Shown here: positions 13,350-24,590 of the stretch, in pieces
Numbering within the stretch: position 1 is the stretch's first letter
How the letters are laid out: each line of letters opens with the position of its first letter
Source: Felis catus
Lineage: Eukaryota
Length of the DNA: 64,000 nt
Direction: 5' to 3'
Assembly: GCF_018350175.1 (NCBI RefSeq)
Contig: NC_058368.1
Coordinates: 233,556,001 to 233,620,000 of the forward strand
The notes under the pieces: model-generated
The model's database searches: none
What the model saw: only the letters and a program-made list of their open reading frames with translations
What the model was told of the DNA's origin: nothing
Translations under genes and position numbers: made by a program

Positions 13350-14240
13350 GTAGCTCAGACCAGAAGGGCCTTCCACGAGTCCACCGGCCCACGAGCCTCA
13401 CAGTCCTGGAGGCGGACAGCCCCTACAGCCACCCGCGCTCTCACCGTGGCCCCGGAGATGTGCCGTCACACAGCCGCACGTCTTCTTCCTCCAGCGGCGT
13501 GGGCGCGTGGAGTATTAACCTGCGTGTGCGTGCTACGTGCGCATGCGGTACACTTGTCATGCGTGTGCACGCAGTAGCGGGGTGCAACCTGCGTGTCATG
13601 CGCGCGGCGTGTGTGACCTGTATGCGTGACGTATGTATGCGACATGTATGTGTCTCTGTCTCCATGTGACTTGGGTGACGTATCTGTGTGTGTGGTACAG
13701 GACCCAGGCGGCGCCTGGGACGCCCGTGTGCATGCCGTGCGCGCGATTCGCGCACGTGACGTGTGGCTTTGCGTGACACGTGCGTGCGCGTCCCCGTGCG
13801 ATACACCCCGTGAACGTAGGACAGGCATGTGATCTGAGCGAGAGGAACGTGTGCTGGTCACGTGTGTGTAAGGGTGAGCAGCGGCCCAGAGCGGGGCGGG
13901 GAGGGCGGGCGGCTGTCCTCGGGGGCATTCCCAAGCCGGCCTGGCCGCACGGGGCTCTCCGCGCTTGCGCACGTCACCTCCGCCAGTGTCAATCCCGCGA
14001 GCACGGGGCGGAGCCGGCGGATGTCCTGGCGTGCCAGGAAAGAGGACGCGTCCCCCGGCGGGGTTAATTCCGGCGCCCCGCCCGGTGGCGCGCCCGTAAT
14101 TCAGCCCAGCCGCGCCCTGCTCCTGCGCAGCGACCGTCTGTCTACTTTGCTAAAGATTCTCCGAAGCTGGTCCCTGCTGGATTCGCTTTGAAGGACCAGG
14201 CACCGAAGAATGCAGACACGGAGGGGAGCTGACGCAAGCC
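13350..14240. promoter_or_regulatory. Intragenic CpG island
   Basis: Very high CpG and GC density. GC boxes (ggggcgggg near 13893, gccccgccc 14075-14083) and NRF1-like tgcgcatgcg at 13538-13547. Confidence 0.8.
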
Positions 14241-17200
14241 AGGCCGCTCAGAATTCCAGACTGCGACCCCTTTTCCTTAAGAGGCGCAGCTGAAAAGTAA
14301 CTTCGTGATTATCTAGGAGGGATTGGCCTCCTTCTCCTTAAGAAAATGCCTTCCAAGCAAAAGTGCCAACATTTTAGGAAGTCCGTTCCTCCAAAATGAG
14401 TACAAATGTGAGCAACGGAGCCGGATGATGCCATCACCTGCCCCCAGCAGGATGCACGAATGGGACACTGCTCTAATGACACTGATGCCACCCACCGCGA
14501 TGGCGAGCCCTGCCTTCTCCTGTATTCTTCTGAGGATCCAGTCTGTCCCTTCTGCATTCTCCTGGTCCCAGAGCAGGGCAGGGGGCGGGCTCTAGTCCAA
14601 TGGCAAGGCTGCCCCACCCCGCGGCCCTGCGATGGGGGGGGATCTCTGGTCCCTGCCACCACCCCCTCCCCATGGCTGAGGCTGTGCTCCCCTCAGGAGG
14701 GACGTGGCCACCCTACTCAGGCCAGTCAACCCCAAGCTCTCAGCTCCCACTTGAAGCAGCAGGACGACTGAACTTCCGTTTTGAACAGCCAGTTGCATGG
14801 AGGCCCTGGTCTCAGCGGAACCACTGGCCACAAATGTCACAACTCTTTGATTACTGCAGTCTCTTCCTCCCACACACGAGGAAACGAGGGCAACAGGCCA
14901 CCTCCGCCCATCTGGGAACCGCTGTCTCCTCCGCCGTGACACCCGGTGCAGGCCAGCACAGCCGCCCTGCGCGACTGTCACGGGGCCAGGTACCCGTCCC
15001 CCCAGCTCACTCCAGCATTCGAGTGATCCCGTCTAGACTGCATTTATACGCTGAAGCCTGGGCTTCCTGCGGCCTGCTGGGCCCCTGCCCATCGCCCGTG
15101 TGGCTCACCAGGCAGACGCTTCTTGCTGATTAGAAAGCCCCCCCCAACATTCTACAAGGGGAGCCTGTCTGTCTGAGGAAGGAAGAGGCTCTCTAAAGAC
15201 CGCTGTGGCTGCTCTCCCAGCGCTGGTCTCTGCCTGACACAGTGTGTTGGCGAATCTGCATCGTCACGGAACCTAAGGAAAAGCCATGCGTTCTGGATGT
15301 CGCATCGCTTCAAATAACACAGAATTGGAACGCTTCCTGGGCTAAAGAATGCATTCACCAACTTCTATTTGGCTATGCACAGGGAAATGCTTAAGAAATA
15401 AACTAAGGGTATTAATGCCAAGTAAAATATGATACTTTTCTGATGGAAAAATGAATTAAATTAAATTTTCTGATACATGGTTTCATCCTGAAATACTGAA
15501 CCCTTCAGATTAATAGAACTGGCCCTGGCATTTTAATAACGACACAAATTTGCAAATGTGATCGATGTCCTAAAGCGTTTTTCGTTCCAAACGGTGCATT
15601 CATGTAATGACATCGTATGAAACCTGGAGCACCAAGGCAGTGCTGCAGTGAACATTTTCTTTTCAAAAATAATATCCCAGCATTTCATTTTCCAGAATCC
15701 TCTTAGGCAGAACACATGATAAAAAACCCTATTTTCACAATGTTGGATTTGTTTTATAACATCACACCGTCGTGATGCCTTCTTTTATCCTGTTCCTTCA
15801 TTTAACTACTTTTACATCTGTCAGGAAGCAGGAGAGAGAACTTGGCCTCCCACGAGCCGTCTTGGAAGAAAACAAATTGTTTAGGGTGAAAACAGCCGTC
15901 ACAAGTTCACCCTGAAGAGTCAAAGCAGGCCTTGACATGGAGCATGGCCCCCGCACCAGAGTCTGCAGAAGCCGGGTTGCGTCACTCCCCACTCCCCACC
16001 TGCACGTTACATGAGGGGGGGTCGTCCTGCGACACTGCTCAGCGACCCTCAGAACCGATCAAGCCAAACACACCTTGCAACTTTTCATCCTCGCAAAAAT
16101 CCAGAAAATAAAACAAGCAGGAGAATGGACATGTGTTGTTATTTCGTTTCATAGGCAAAGAAACGGCCTAAAACACTCGAACACTTGAGGGCAGGCCCCC
16201 AGGCCAGCCAAGGCTCTCCGGATGATCCCTGAGCAATGCCACACCGCCCCAATTCATAAGGGTCAAACAGCTTCATCCAGCACGATCCCACCCTCTACTA
16301 GGGTGTGGGGAAGGTATCTCTGAAGAGTTGTGTTACATTTTAAGAAGCGCCTAGTTTTTTCCTTTAGAAAGCATCTGTATCTTATGCTGTAAAGCACTTC
16401 CATCATCTAAGTTATTTTAAGCGGCTGTGTTTTGGAGGCCACCTGTCCGTGGAGCTTTTAGCTGGTGGGGCTGGCATGTCTGTGTATGTTCAAAGGAAAG
16501 TAACCTGGGGGTCAGGTTCCTCCTAATGGATCATGTGACCAAGAGCAAAGGATCTGAAGGGGTAGCTCACTCGGAAAGAGAACAGTTAAGTGTGTGGAGT
16601 TCGCTGCCTTTAAACATCTGAGAAATTACCACGTGGCTCAGATGACCACTCAGAAACTTGGTGACTCTGAGATATCATGCATTTTAAAGAGTTCGATATG
16701 CCCACTCTTAATCTTATGTTAGGGGATGCAATCTACGACGTCCACAGAGGACAGCAAGGCACACACACGAATGCTGAGGGTAGGCTCCCGGGAATGAGTG
16801 GGTGACCACCACTTAATGACATGACTTCTCCATGAATTAACAGCAAGGGGTCGAAGCAGAAAGGATATTACTGCATTTGAAACAGGTCATCAGCTTAAGG
16901 CAAAGCAGATCATAAATATGCAAAAACACCAATTATAAGTCAAAGGAAAATAAAAGGAATACAAGAACGTGATGAAAAGAGCTGCAAATGAATATTCAGC
17001 AAGCTCACTGCATCTCATAAGCATCAAATTTGGCTTAAATAAAACAATGCTCTCGCTTGAGGAAGAAAATGATGGGGCAGAATTTTCCTTAACGGAGCTC
17101 TCAAACATGGCTGCGGAGAATCCCAATGCCATCTCCTTAGCATTCCCTGCGACCCCCAAAGAATTTAATTTGCTATAGGTCTCAGGATTTCTGCTTGTTA

Positions 17201-17324
17201 TCATTTAGTGCTGATCAGAAATACTGTGCTTTGGCTAATAACATCCAGTGATCCTGACGTCACGTGTTAGAAATCTAATTTAAAATCCTTCCAAATGAAT
17301 AGGAGTAGAGTCAGAAATGAAGTC

Positions 17325-17665
17325 TGGTGGACTGGATGCTTGCGTCCCCCCAACTCATATGTTGAAACCCTAACCCCCAATGTGATGGTGTTTGGAGATG
17401 GGGCCCATGGGAGAAATTCGGGTTTAGGTGACGTCATGAAGTTGGAACTCCCCTGATGAGATTAGTATCTTTACAAAGACAGGAAGACCCCAGAGTCCCC
17501 TCTCTACCTCATAAGGACACAGGGAGAAGGTGCCATCCTGGTGACCATTCTCATCAGGCATCTTGATCTGGATGCCCCAGCCTCCAAAATGGAGAAATAA
17601 ATATCTGTAGTTTGCACTAACCCATCGGTGGTGTTTTATCATGGCAGCCCAAGCAGACTGAGACA
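17325..17665 (+). mobile_element. MaLR solo LTR (MLT1A-like)
   Basis: catatgttgaaaccctaacccccaatgtgatgg ... agaaataaatatctgtag ... gcagcccaagcagactgagaca. Confidence 0.85.
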
Positions 17666-17871
17666 GAAAGGTGTAACGAAAATTGCGAGACCTACCACCC
17701 CAACGGTGGGCATTATAGGGCTCGGAGTTAACGACTGGAGTTGAAAACTGGGGTGGGGGGGGCAAATGCAATTTGATTTCCTGCACAAATGACCCCTGGA
17801 AACAGACAGTGCTGCTGGTTGTGACTCTTAGCATCTATTCTCTTTCATTTTACATCGGTTATTATTAAGTC

Positions 17872-18096
17872 TTTTTTTTTTCCAACGTTTATTTATTTTT
17901 GGGACAGAGAGAGACAGAGCATGAACGGGGGAGGCAGAGGGGAGGGGCAGAGAGAGAGGGAGACACAGAATCGGAAACAGGCTCCAGGCTCTGAGCCATC
18001 AGTCCAGAGCCCAACGCGGGGCTCGAACTCACGGACCGCGAGATCGTGACCTGGCTGAAGTCGGACGCTTAACCGACTGCGCCACCCAGGCGCCCC
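17872..18096 (-). mobile_element. Young CanSINE (SINEC_Fc)
   Basis: Near-consensus and CpG-intact, with TSD tattaagtctttt. Confidence 0.96.
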
Positions 18097-20178
18097 TATT
18101 AAGTCTTTTTGAATAGCATAAATTGTGTTATTTTTCCAGCCACATTTGGGCTGAAGGATAAAGAATCTCATATATAGATAGGGCTCAAGTCCAATACTAC
18201 AGGTCGATAAAACTGGGGGGATGTTTGAGACCATTGCTTGCCTCAGAAGCACATGGGCCACCAGCTCATTACAAGCCAAAGAAAAGAGATAAGCCCAGAA
18301 GATACTCAAGACCTTCACAGAAAGTTCCTCCCACGAGTGTAAGTCATCGAGAATGCAGCTTCCCAAGAAAGGAGTGCCGACTTAACTGCTCAGAAAGCCA
18401 AACTTGTACTTCTCAGCTAGGGTCTACAAATGTGAAATCGATGGGCAGAGGGCTGGTTCGATTAAGAGTTTAGAAGAACAAACAAGAAACACAGTTTCCA
18501 ATGTCCTGAACTCTGTAGGAAAAGACTACACTAGCCTCCCTCCATCAAGATTTACAGCTCACTCTGCTTTCCATAGAGGAGGACGCTTCTCTTGTCTATT
18601 CTATCATTGACTTCGAGAGCATGGAACAATATTAGCTTTCGCACTTAGCTCCTCTCCACTATGGCAAGAGAGAAGACCAAACAAATAAGTTGTATGAGAA
18701 GGAGGGAACCACCACTATTAGAACTCACATTGAACTTTCCTGGCATCCAAAGGGGGGCCTTCCATTTCCTTTGTATTGTGACCTATTCTGCTGGCTATTT
18801 CTCCAGAGCAATGCTACCAGACATTTCTCTCCCTGCTTCCTTCAGTGTCAACAGAGATCTGCCTCCAACTCTGAGAGCACCTCATGACAAGGCTCATGTC
18901 TGTCTGGTCCTAGAACCACACAGGGACGTGTGGATGACTACACCTGATGTTTTGTTAATCAACGAATCAATGATAAACTGAAATTTATACCTCTGCTAAT
19001 ATCCAATAGAAATCATTATCATCTTGGTCTTTGGGAGTTCAAATGGTTGAAAGGTTAATTATCCCAATGAGGTTCTACTATGCTTATTTCAGAAACTCAG
19101 TGGACCAAATGGTCCTGGATCATCCAAGGGGCTATGAATTGCAGGTCTCTGAATGTTCCCAAACTCTCTCTCCCATATGTAAAGACACATGCACAACAGA
19201 ACAGATTTTAAGTGCTACGTCCCAATGGTTTTCAAAAGTTTAGAAACATGTAACTGTGTACTAATTAAACCCAATTTTACTAGCCTTAAGTCAGCTCTCC
19301 AAAGGATCTTTACCAGGCAATACAGCACAATCTGCCTAATTCAGGCGATTCCAGTGAACTTAAAAGTGAAAACAAAGAAGAAACCTTAACGCACGTTAGT
19401 TTGGACTTTCATCAATTTAGATCATCTAATTAACCTGAACCCATGAAATCTGGCTTCGTTTAAACACCGTAAAAAATTCTCTTCATTCATCATGACTTTA
19501 TAGGTGCTATATCTGATCTATATCCACTCGTTAGAAAATTTAAAAGCCAGCAGGTGTTTGGATTGGGCTAACGAATGTGACCAAGGCTATCAGGCATGTC
19601 AATCCATGCAGCTTAGTTCTAGATGAAATGATCATCCTACTTCATGGTGCATGTGTGAGATCAATATTTCCTTTCAAGTAGCACAGCGTACCAGAAGGGA
19701 GGCATGCCTTTGGCGGATACGCGGGGTTATTTCTGCACTGATGGTCTATGTGCAGTTCGCACTGTGGCATGTTTAAATCCCGTTTATAACCTACACGATA
19801 CTAGGTAAATTTAGAGTTAAACCAACCAAGCACAGTGTACCCTTCTGATTATGGCTGGCCAAGAGGAAATCTTATTAAGGTAAACAGACCAAAACGTAGG
19901 TATCAAATGTAATGTGACAACAGAGGGACAATGGTCCGGGGGTAGAGGCCCAGCACCACAGGGATGGCGTGGCCAATCTTGGGCATGAAATTAAACGTGG
20001 TAACAGTAGGTGTGTTCACAACTAAGCAATGGGTTGCAAAATCCTGCAAAAACAAGACTCCAAATACAGGAGAAGCAAGGAGCACTGTGATTAACAAGGT
20101 CTACTTTGAAGGGGAATGGCCTTTTTAGTAAAGGCCAAAAATGTTCCACAAAGTCGCACTATAATTAAAAAAAAGATG

Positions 20179-20345
20179 TGGGTGCCTGGGTGGCTCGGTC
20201 AGTTAAGTGCCCAACTTCAGCTCGAGTCATGATCTCACGGTTGGTGGGTTCCAGCCCCGCGTCGGGCTCTGTGCTGACAGCTCGGAGCCTGGAGCCTGCT
20301 TCGGATTCTGTGTCTTCCTCTCTCTCTCTGCCCCTCCCCAACTCG

Positions 20346-20397
<52 letters not shown>

Positions 20398-20418
20398 AAT
20401 AAATAATCATTTAAAAAA
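20179..20418 (+). mobile_element. CanSINE with (CT)n microsatellite
   Basis: Full element with (CT)~22. Confidence 0.95.
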
Positions 20419-21053
20419 GAGATAAATAGCTTCCTGGATGCATACACTGAAGGCTTCTGCAACTAGGAAAAAAAATTCCTACTACAAATTAAACTTCAGA
20501 GGTTTCATTAATGATACCAATAATAGGAGTTTTAAAGTTATATTATTTATAAATTACCAGAGAATCCACTCAAAAGTTAAAACGTGCACTCCTTAGAAAT
20601 TTGGGGCTGATAGTTCTTTGGAGGAAATGCCACACAAAGCCAATGAGGGGTCAACAGGAACTGAGATGATGCATTCAGTAAACCACCTCATTCAAGGAGC
20701 CTTTACTGAGCATTCATTTACGATCAAGTAAATTTTACACCTCCTCCCCATGAAATCAACTTCATTGGAATAAATTCAATAAAACAAACCAGCAAGAAAA
20801 GTCAACAGCGCAAACAAACAAACACAGGCGGTAAGAAGCAGGCTGGTCATGAGCTGGGCAGTGAGATTCCAGCGGTAGCTGCCAGGCTCTGGGGGGACCG
20901 CGGGCTCCGCCATCATGGGGGCTCACAGCTAGCTGTCTTTATGAGAAGAGGGCTGTGGCTGAAGGAAGACTTCTGATAAACCGAACACACTTCTTCCAAC
21001 ATGATTACAAAACTTTCCTTGCACACAAAATTTAACCACTGAAACCACTAATG

Positions 21054-21600
21054 CAGAGGCTCCCACATTTTCCTATTTCACAATGCTCTTTGTGGCTCAT
21101 GAATCTTTCATAGCATTTCCTAGGCCAAAGGAAATATCCAAAAGTACTGTTTGTTAAGTAGTAAGGCCCACAAGAGTTGAGTATATGACCTCACAACCTC
21201 GTAGTTGTTGGGGAAAGAAACCCCAAGTAGATACTGAAATAAAATGTAATGTTTTTATTTCATTCTTAGAAGACCCAGGGACTTACTCTGGGCCCTCAGT
21301 AGCCACTGAGCTGGTTGAGCATCACGTAACTTCACAAGCCTTGGATTCCAATTCAGCACTGCCACTCGCAATGTCTGTTCTGCCTTGACTTCTTGAATTT
21401 TCGTCACAACGCTTGCCCAAATCCCAGCTTTATAGTGAAAGGAATGTAGTGTCATCTAACGTTGAAACCACGAACTACCGTGAGTTTGTGGTTTGCATGG
21501 TGTCTGCCAGATACGGAGGGTTGCTATGTTTCCCTTGGAATATTTAAAATATTGGGAGGCACCCCAGCGGGTGCCTTGGCACACAGTTTGGGAAACCACA
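21054..21600. mobile_element. hAT-Charlie-type DNA transposon remnant
   Basis: Degenerate terminal inverted repeats cagaggctcccac... and ...cagtttgggaaaccac. Confidence 0.5.
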
Positions 21601-22523
21601 TCACTGATGACCTACAGGCTCAACAAAATAAATAGATATTTCGTTAAATAGAACTGAAAGTGTTATTAAAATTACAATGCCCGTGCTGCTTATTTTCTCC
21701 TTCATAAACTCTGAAAAGGTATGCTTAGTTAGACCAAAAATATAGGAGATTTGTTGGGAGCTTACACAACAGGGTTAGCTTCTCCTAAAAAAACCCAATC
21801 TGAATGTATCATTGCGCAGATTTTTAGGAGATACAGCTCAAAGTAGGCAACTTTTATAGGTTTAAAGTCCTCTTTGTGTCAGTTTTGTGAGTGATGTCTG
21901 GGCAGGGAGGAAGGAGAACGTTTCTGGCTTGGGTACCTAGCTCTCACGTTCACTGATGCAGGAACGACATGAGAGGGAGATCGTTTGGGGTAAAAGCTGG
22001 AAACATGTCATGTCGTGAGAGAAGGAGAAGAACACCGTCTTCGTGTGTCACTGTCGATGGCAGGTCCCTCCTCCCCAAGCCTCCGTGACAAACAGCAGGG
22101 ATCTGCTCTCTACCCCACGAGTCTGGTTTACAAAGGTTTCCAGACGGCAAACTTCACACACACATTTTCAGCTTACAAGAAAAGTAAGAAAGCCCCGACC
22201 CTCTTCTGGGTCTGTCATGATCATATTCTGAAATGCTAGTGTTTCCAAGTCTAAATGCATTTCTGGGATGAATTAACATGCTTCCTGAGGGTGTGAAGAA
22301 GTCTTGTAAGCCAGGGAGGAAATAAACCCATCCAAGGCTACTAGAACTCCAAAGAACAAGTAGAAAAAGTTAAAAATCTTCACTTCCATTTTCCAGTGGG
22401 CACATTGCATAAATAAACTTGCCCGCTAAAAAACCAAGATGATTTTTAACGATTATCGTTTATCATTAATCATTTAATGGTTAATAAAATGATTTGATGA
22501 GTAGTGTCTGCAGTCACTAATTG

Positions 22524-22733
22524 TTTTGAAGTTCATTTATTTGAGAGAAAGAGAGAGAGAGAGAGCGTGCGCACACACAAGGAGGGAGACGGAGAGAGAG
22601 AGAGAATCCCAAGCAGGCTTCACATTGTCAGCACAGAGCCCGATGTGGGGCTCGAACTCACCAACTGAGAGATCATGACCTGAGCCAAAATCAAGAGTCA
22701 GACACTTACCCGACTGAGCCACCCAAGCGCCCC
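22524..22733 (-). mobile_element. CanSINE
   Basis: Full element with degenerate TSD ending actaatt. Confidence 0.93.
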
Positions 22734-23479
22734 CACAAGTACTAATTTTTTAAGGACCAAAATAAAGAATGGAAATCCTAGTTGACAATTTATGATTCTC
22801 CCTTTGTTTTGTATCACGTATAATAAGCCAGGCCTTAATCGATTAGAGCAAGATTCAGTATCTCACAATGTATTTTGACTATTCGAGAAACACCGCAATG
22901 CCTTTCTTTATGCTTGAACAAGACTATTTACAGCATGATATTAAATGGAAGCAGCAAAACAGTTTACCGAATGTTTGAGAAAGACAGAATAGTCTCAGAA
23001 TTGGCCTTCACTCTAGAAGGAGAAGAGACAGGCAGCGTGGAGCTTCCCGTGGTCAGGTGGTCCTGTGTTGTTTTCCTATCAGGGAAATTAACATGCTGGG
23101 CTTCCTACAGGGCATACCTTTCACAGCTCGAGAATTTCTACAGCCAATCACTGCACTGAAAGACATTGAGGAGGAAAATTAAGTGCCAGGCATCAGGACC
23201 ACATGGCAATAGAAATGGAACGGGTGAAAACAATTTGATTTTAAGAATACGCATTAAGAAATGGCTTTGTTTCGATGACAACCAAATTCCACAAAATGCA
23301 AGCAAAATAGTTTTTAGCCTCTGAGCTCAGGAAAACCACACAGACCTGGACCATCACCTGGGTTATCAATGGTCTCCAGGCAGCGGGGATTCCAGGCTCT
23401 AGCTCATTCCCGGCTTCCTCCGTGTCATCAATCTCTCCCAACAGCAGGCAAGGGTGCTTCTGACTGCACAGTCCCCTCT

Positions 23480-24391
23480 CTTACCTCACACGACCCGTCC
23501 TTCTTCTCCATTTCTCATTCTCCCTTTGTGGCCAACTCTTAAAGGCTTGTCTACTTGAGCTCTTTCTACTTCTTTGATTCCTGACTCTCCATAGTCCACT
23601 TCTAACTACGTAGCAACTCCAAGATGCCACTCTTGTCAAAGTCACTGGCCCCTCCCAGTCCCTCCCTCACCCCCGTCACCGGCAGCTGGTCACTTTCTCC
23701 AGCCCAGAGTCCCCATCTCTCTGGGCTTCCTGAGCTCCACACTCCCTGGTATCCGCCTGACCCACAGACTCCCCCACTCTGACTCAGATGCGACACTCTC
23801 CAGGGCTCCATCTGGGTCCCCAATTTCTCCCTCACAGGGTCATCCATGCACCTGGCTTCTTCAACCCCACCTACATGGCACCAACCCCCAATGGCAGATC
23901 TCTAGCCCCGATCTCGCTTGTGAGGTCAGCACTCAAAGCATCTCCACTTTAATGTCTGTGCAAAACTCCATCTACAACCTGCCCCAATGCATCTTCAACT
24001 TCTATTGATGTGTTACCCCCACTCCACTCCAGGTACCACACCCTCCTTTGGGGTCCTCCAACTTGTGTGTCTTGGCAGGCCCACGGCCTTTGCACACACA
24101 GCTTGCTTGGCCTGAGAAAGCCCCTTCTTGCCCCTCTTCCCATGTGGGACCATCCTTCTGACCTGTGGCTTCTATGTGAGCTCCTCTCTGGCATGTTCTC
24201 TGATTGTCTCCCTGTTACTCACCAGCGCTATGCCCAGCGATTTCCTCCAAGATTACTTCGCCCAAGAAAGGTAATCATTTGTATTTATCCATCTGCTTAT
24301 TGCCCATGTGTCCTACTCTTGTCTGCAGTCCACGAGGGTAGAGACACCATCTTTCTTTTTTCTTTTCTTTATTCTTTCATTTTCTTTCTTT

Positions 24392-24474
<83 letters not shown>

Positions 24475-24590
24475 CTTCCTTCCTCCCTCCCTCCCTCCCT
24501 CCCTCCCTCCCTTCCCTTACGTATATATTGGGTAATTCGTAAAGGGTCTATCATGATGTGTATTTGGTGAATATTCTTTGAATGAATGAA
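23480..24590 (+). mobile_element. Decayed L2 fragments
   Basis: Pyrimidine-rich L2-like motifs ending in gaatgaatgaat at about 24580-24592. Confidence 0.5.
24350..24517 (+). repeat. (TTTC)n followed by (CCCT)n microsatellite
   Basis: Directly visible polypyrimidine tract of about 165 bp. Confidence 0.97.

Noticed and set aside
12945..15133. Many overlapping 100-177 aa ORFs on both strands
   Set aside because: Expected from stop-codon scarcity in GC-rich CpG-island DNA; none resembles a known protein.
24010..24570. 186-aa ORF
   Set aside because: It runs through L2 remnants and the (TTTC)n microsatellite.
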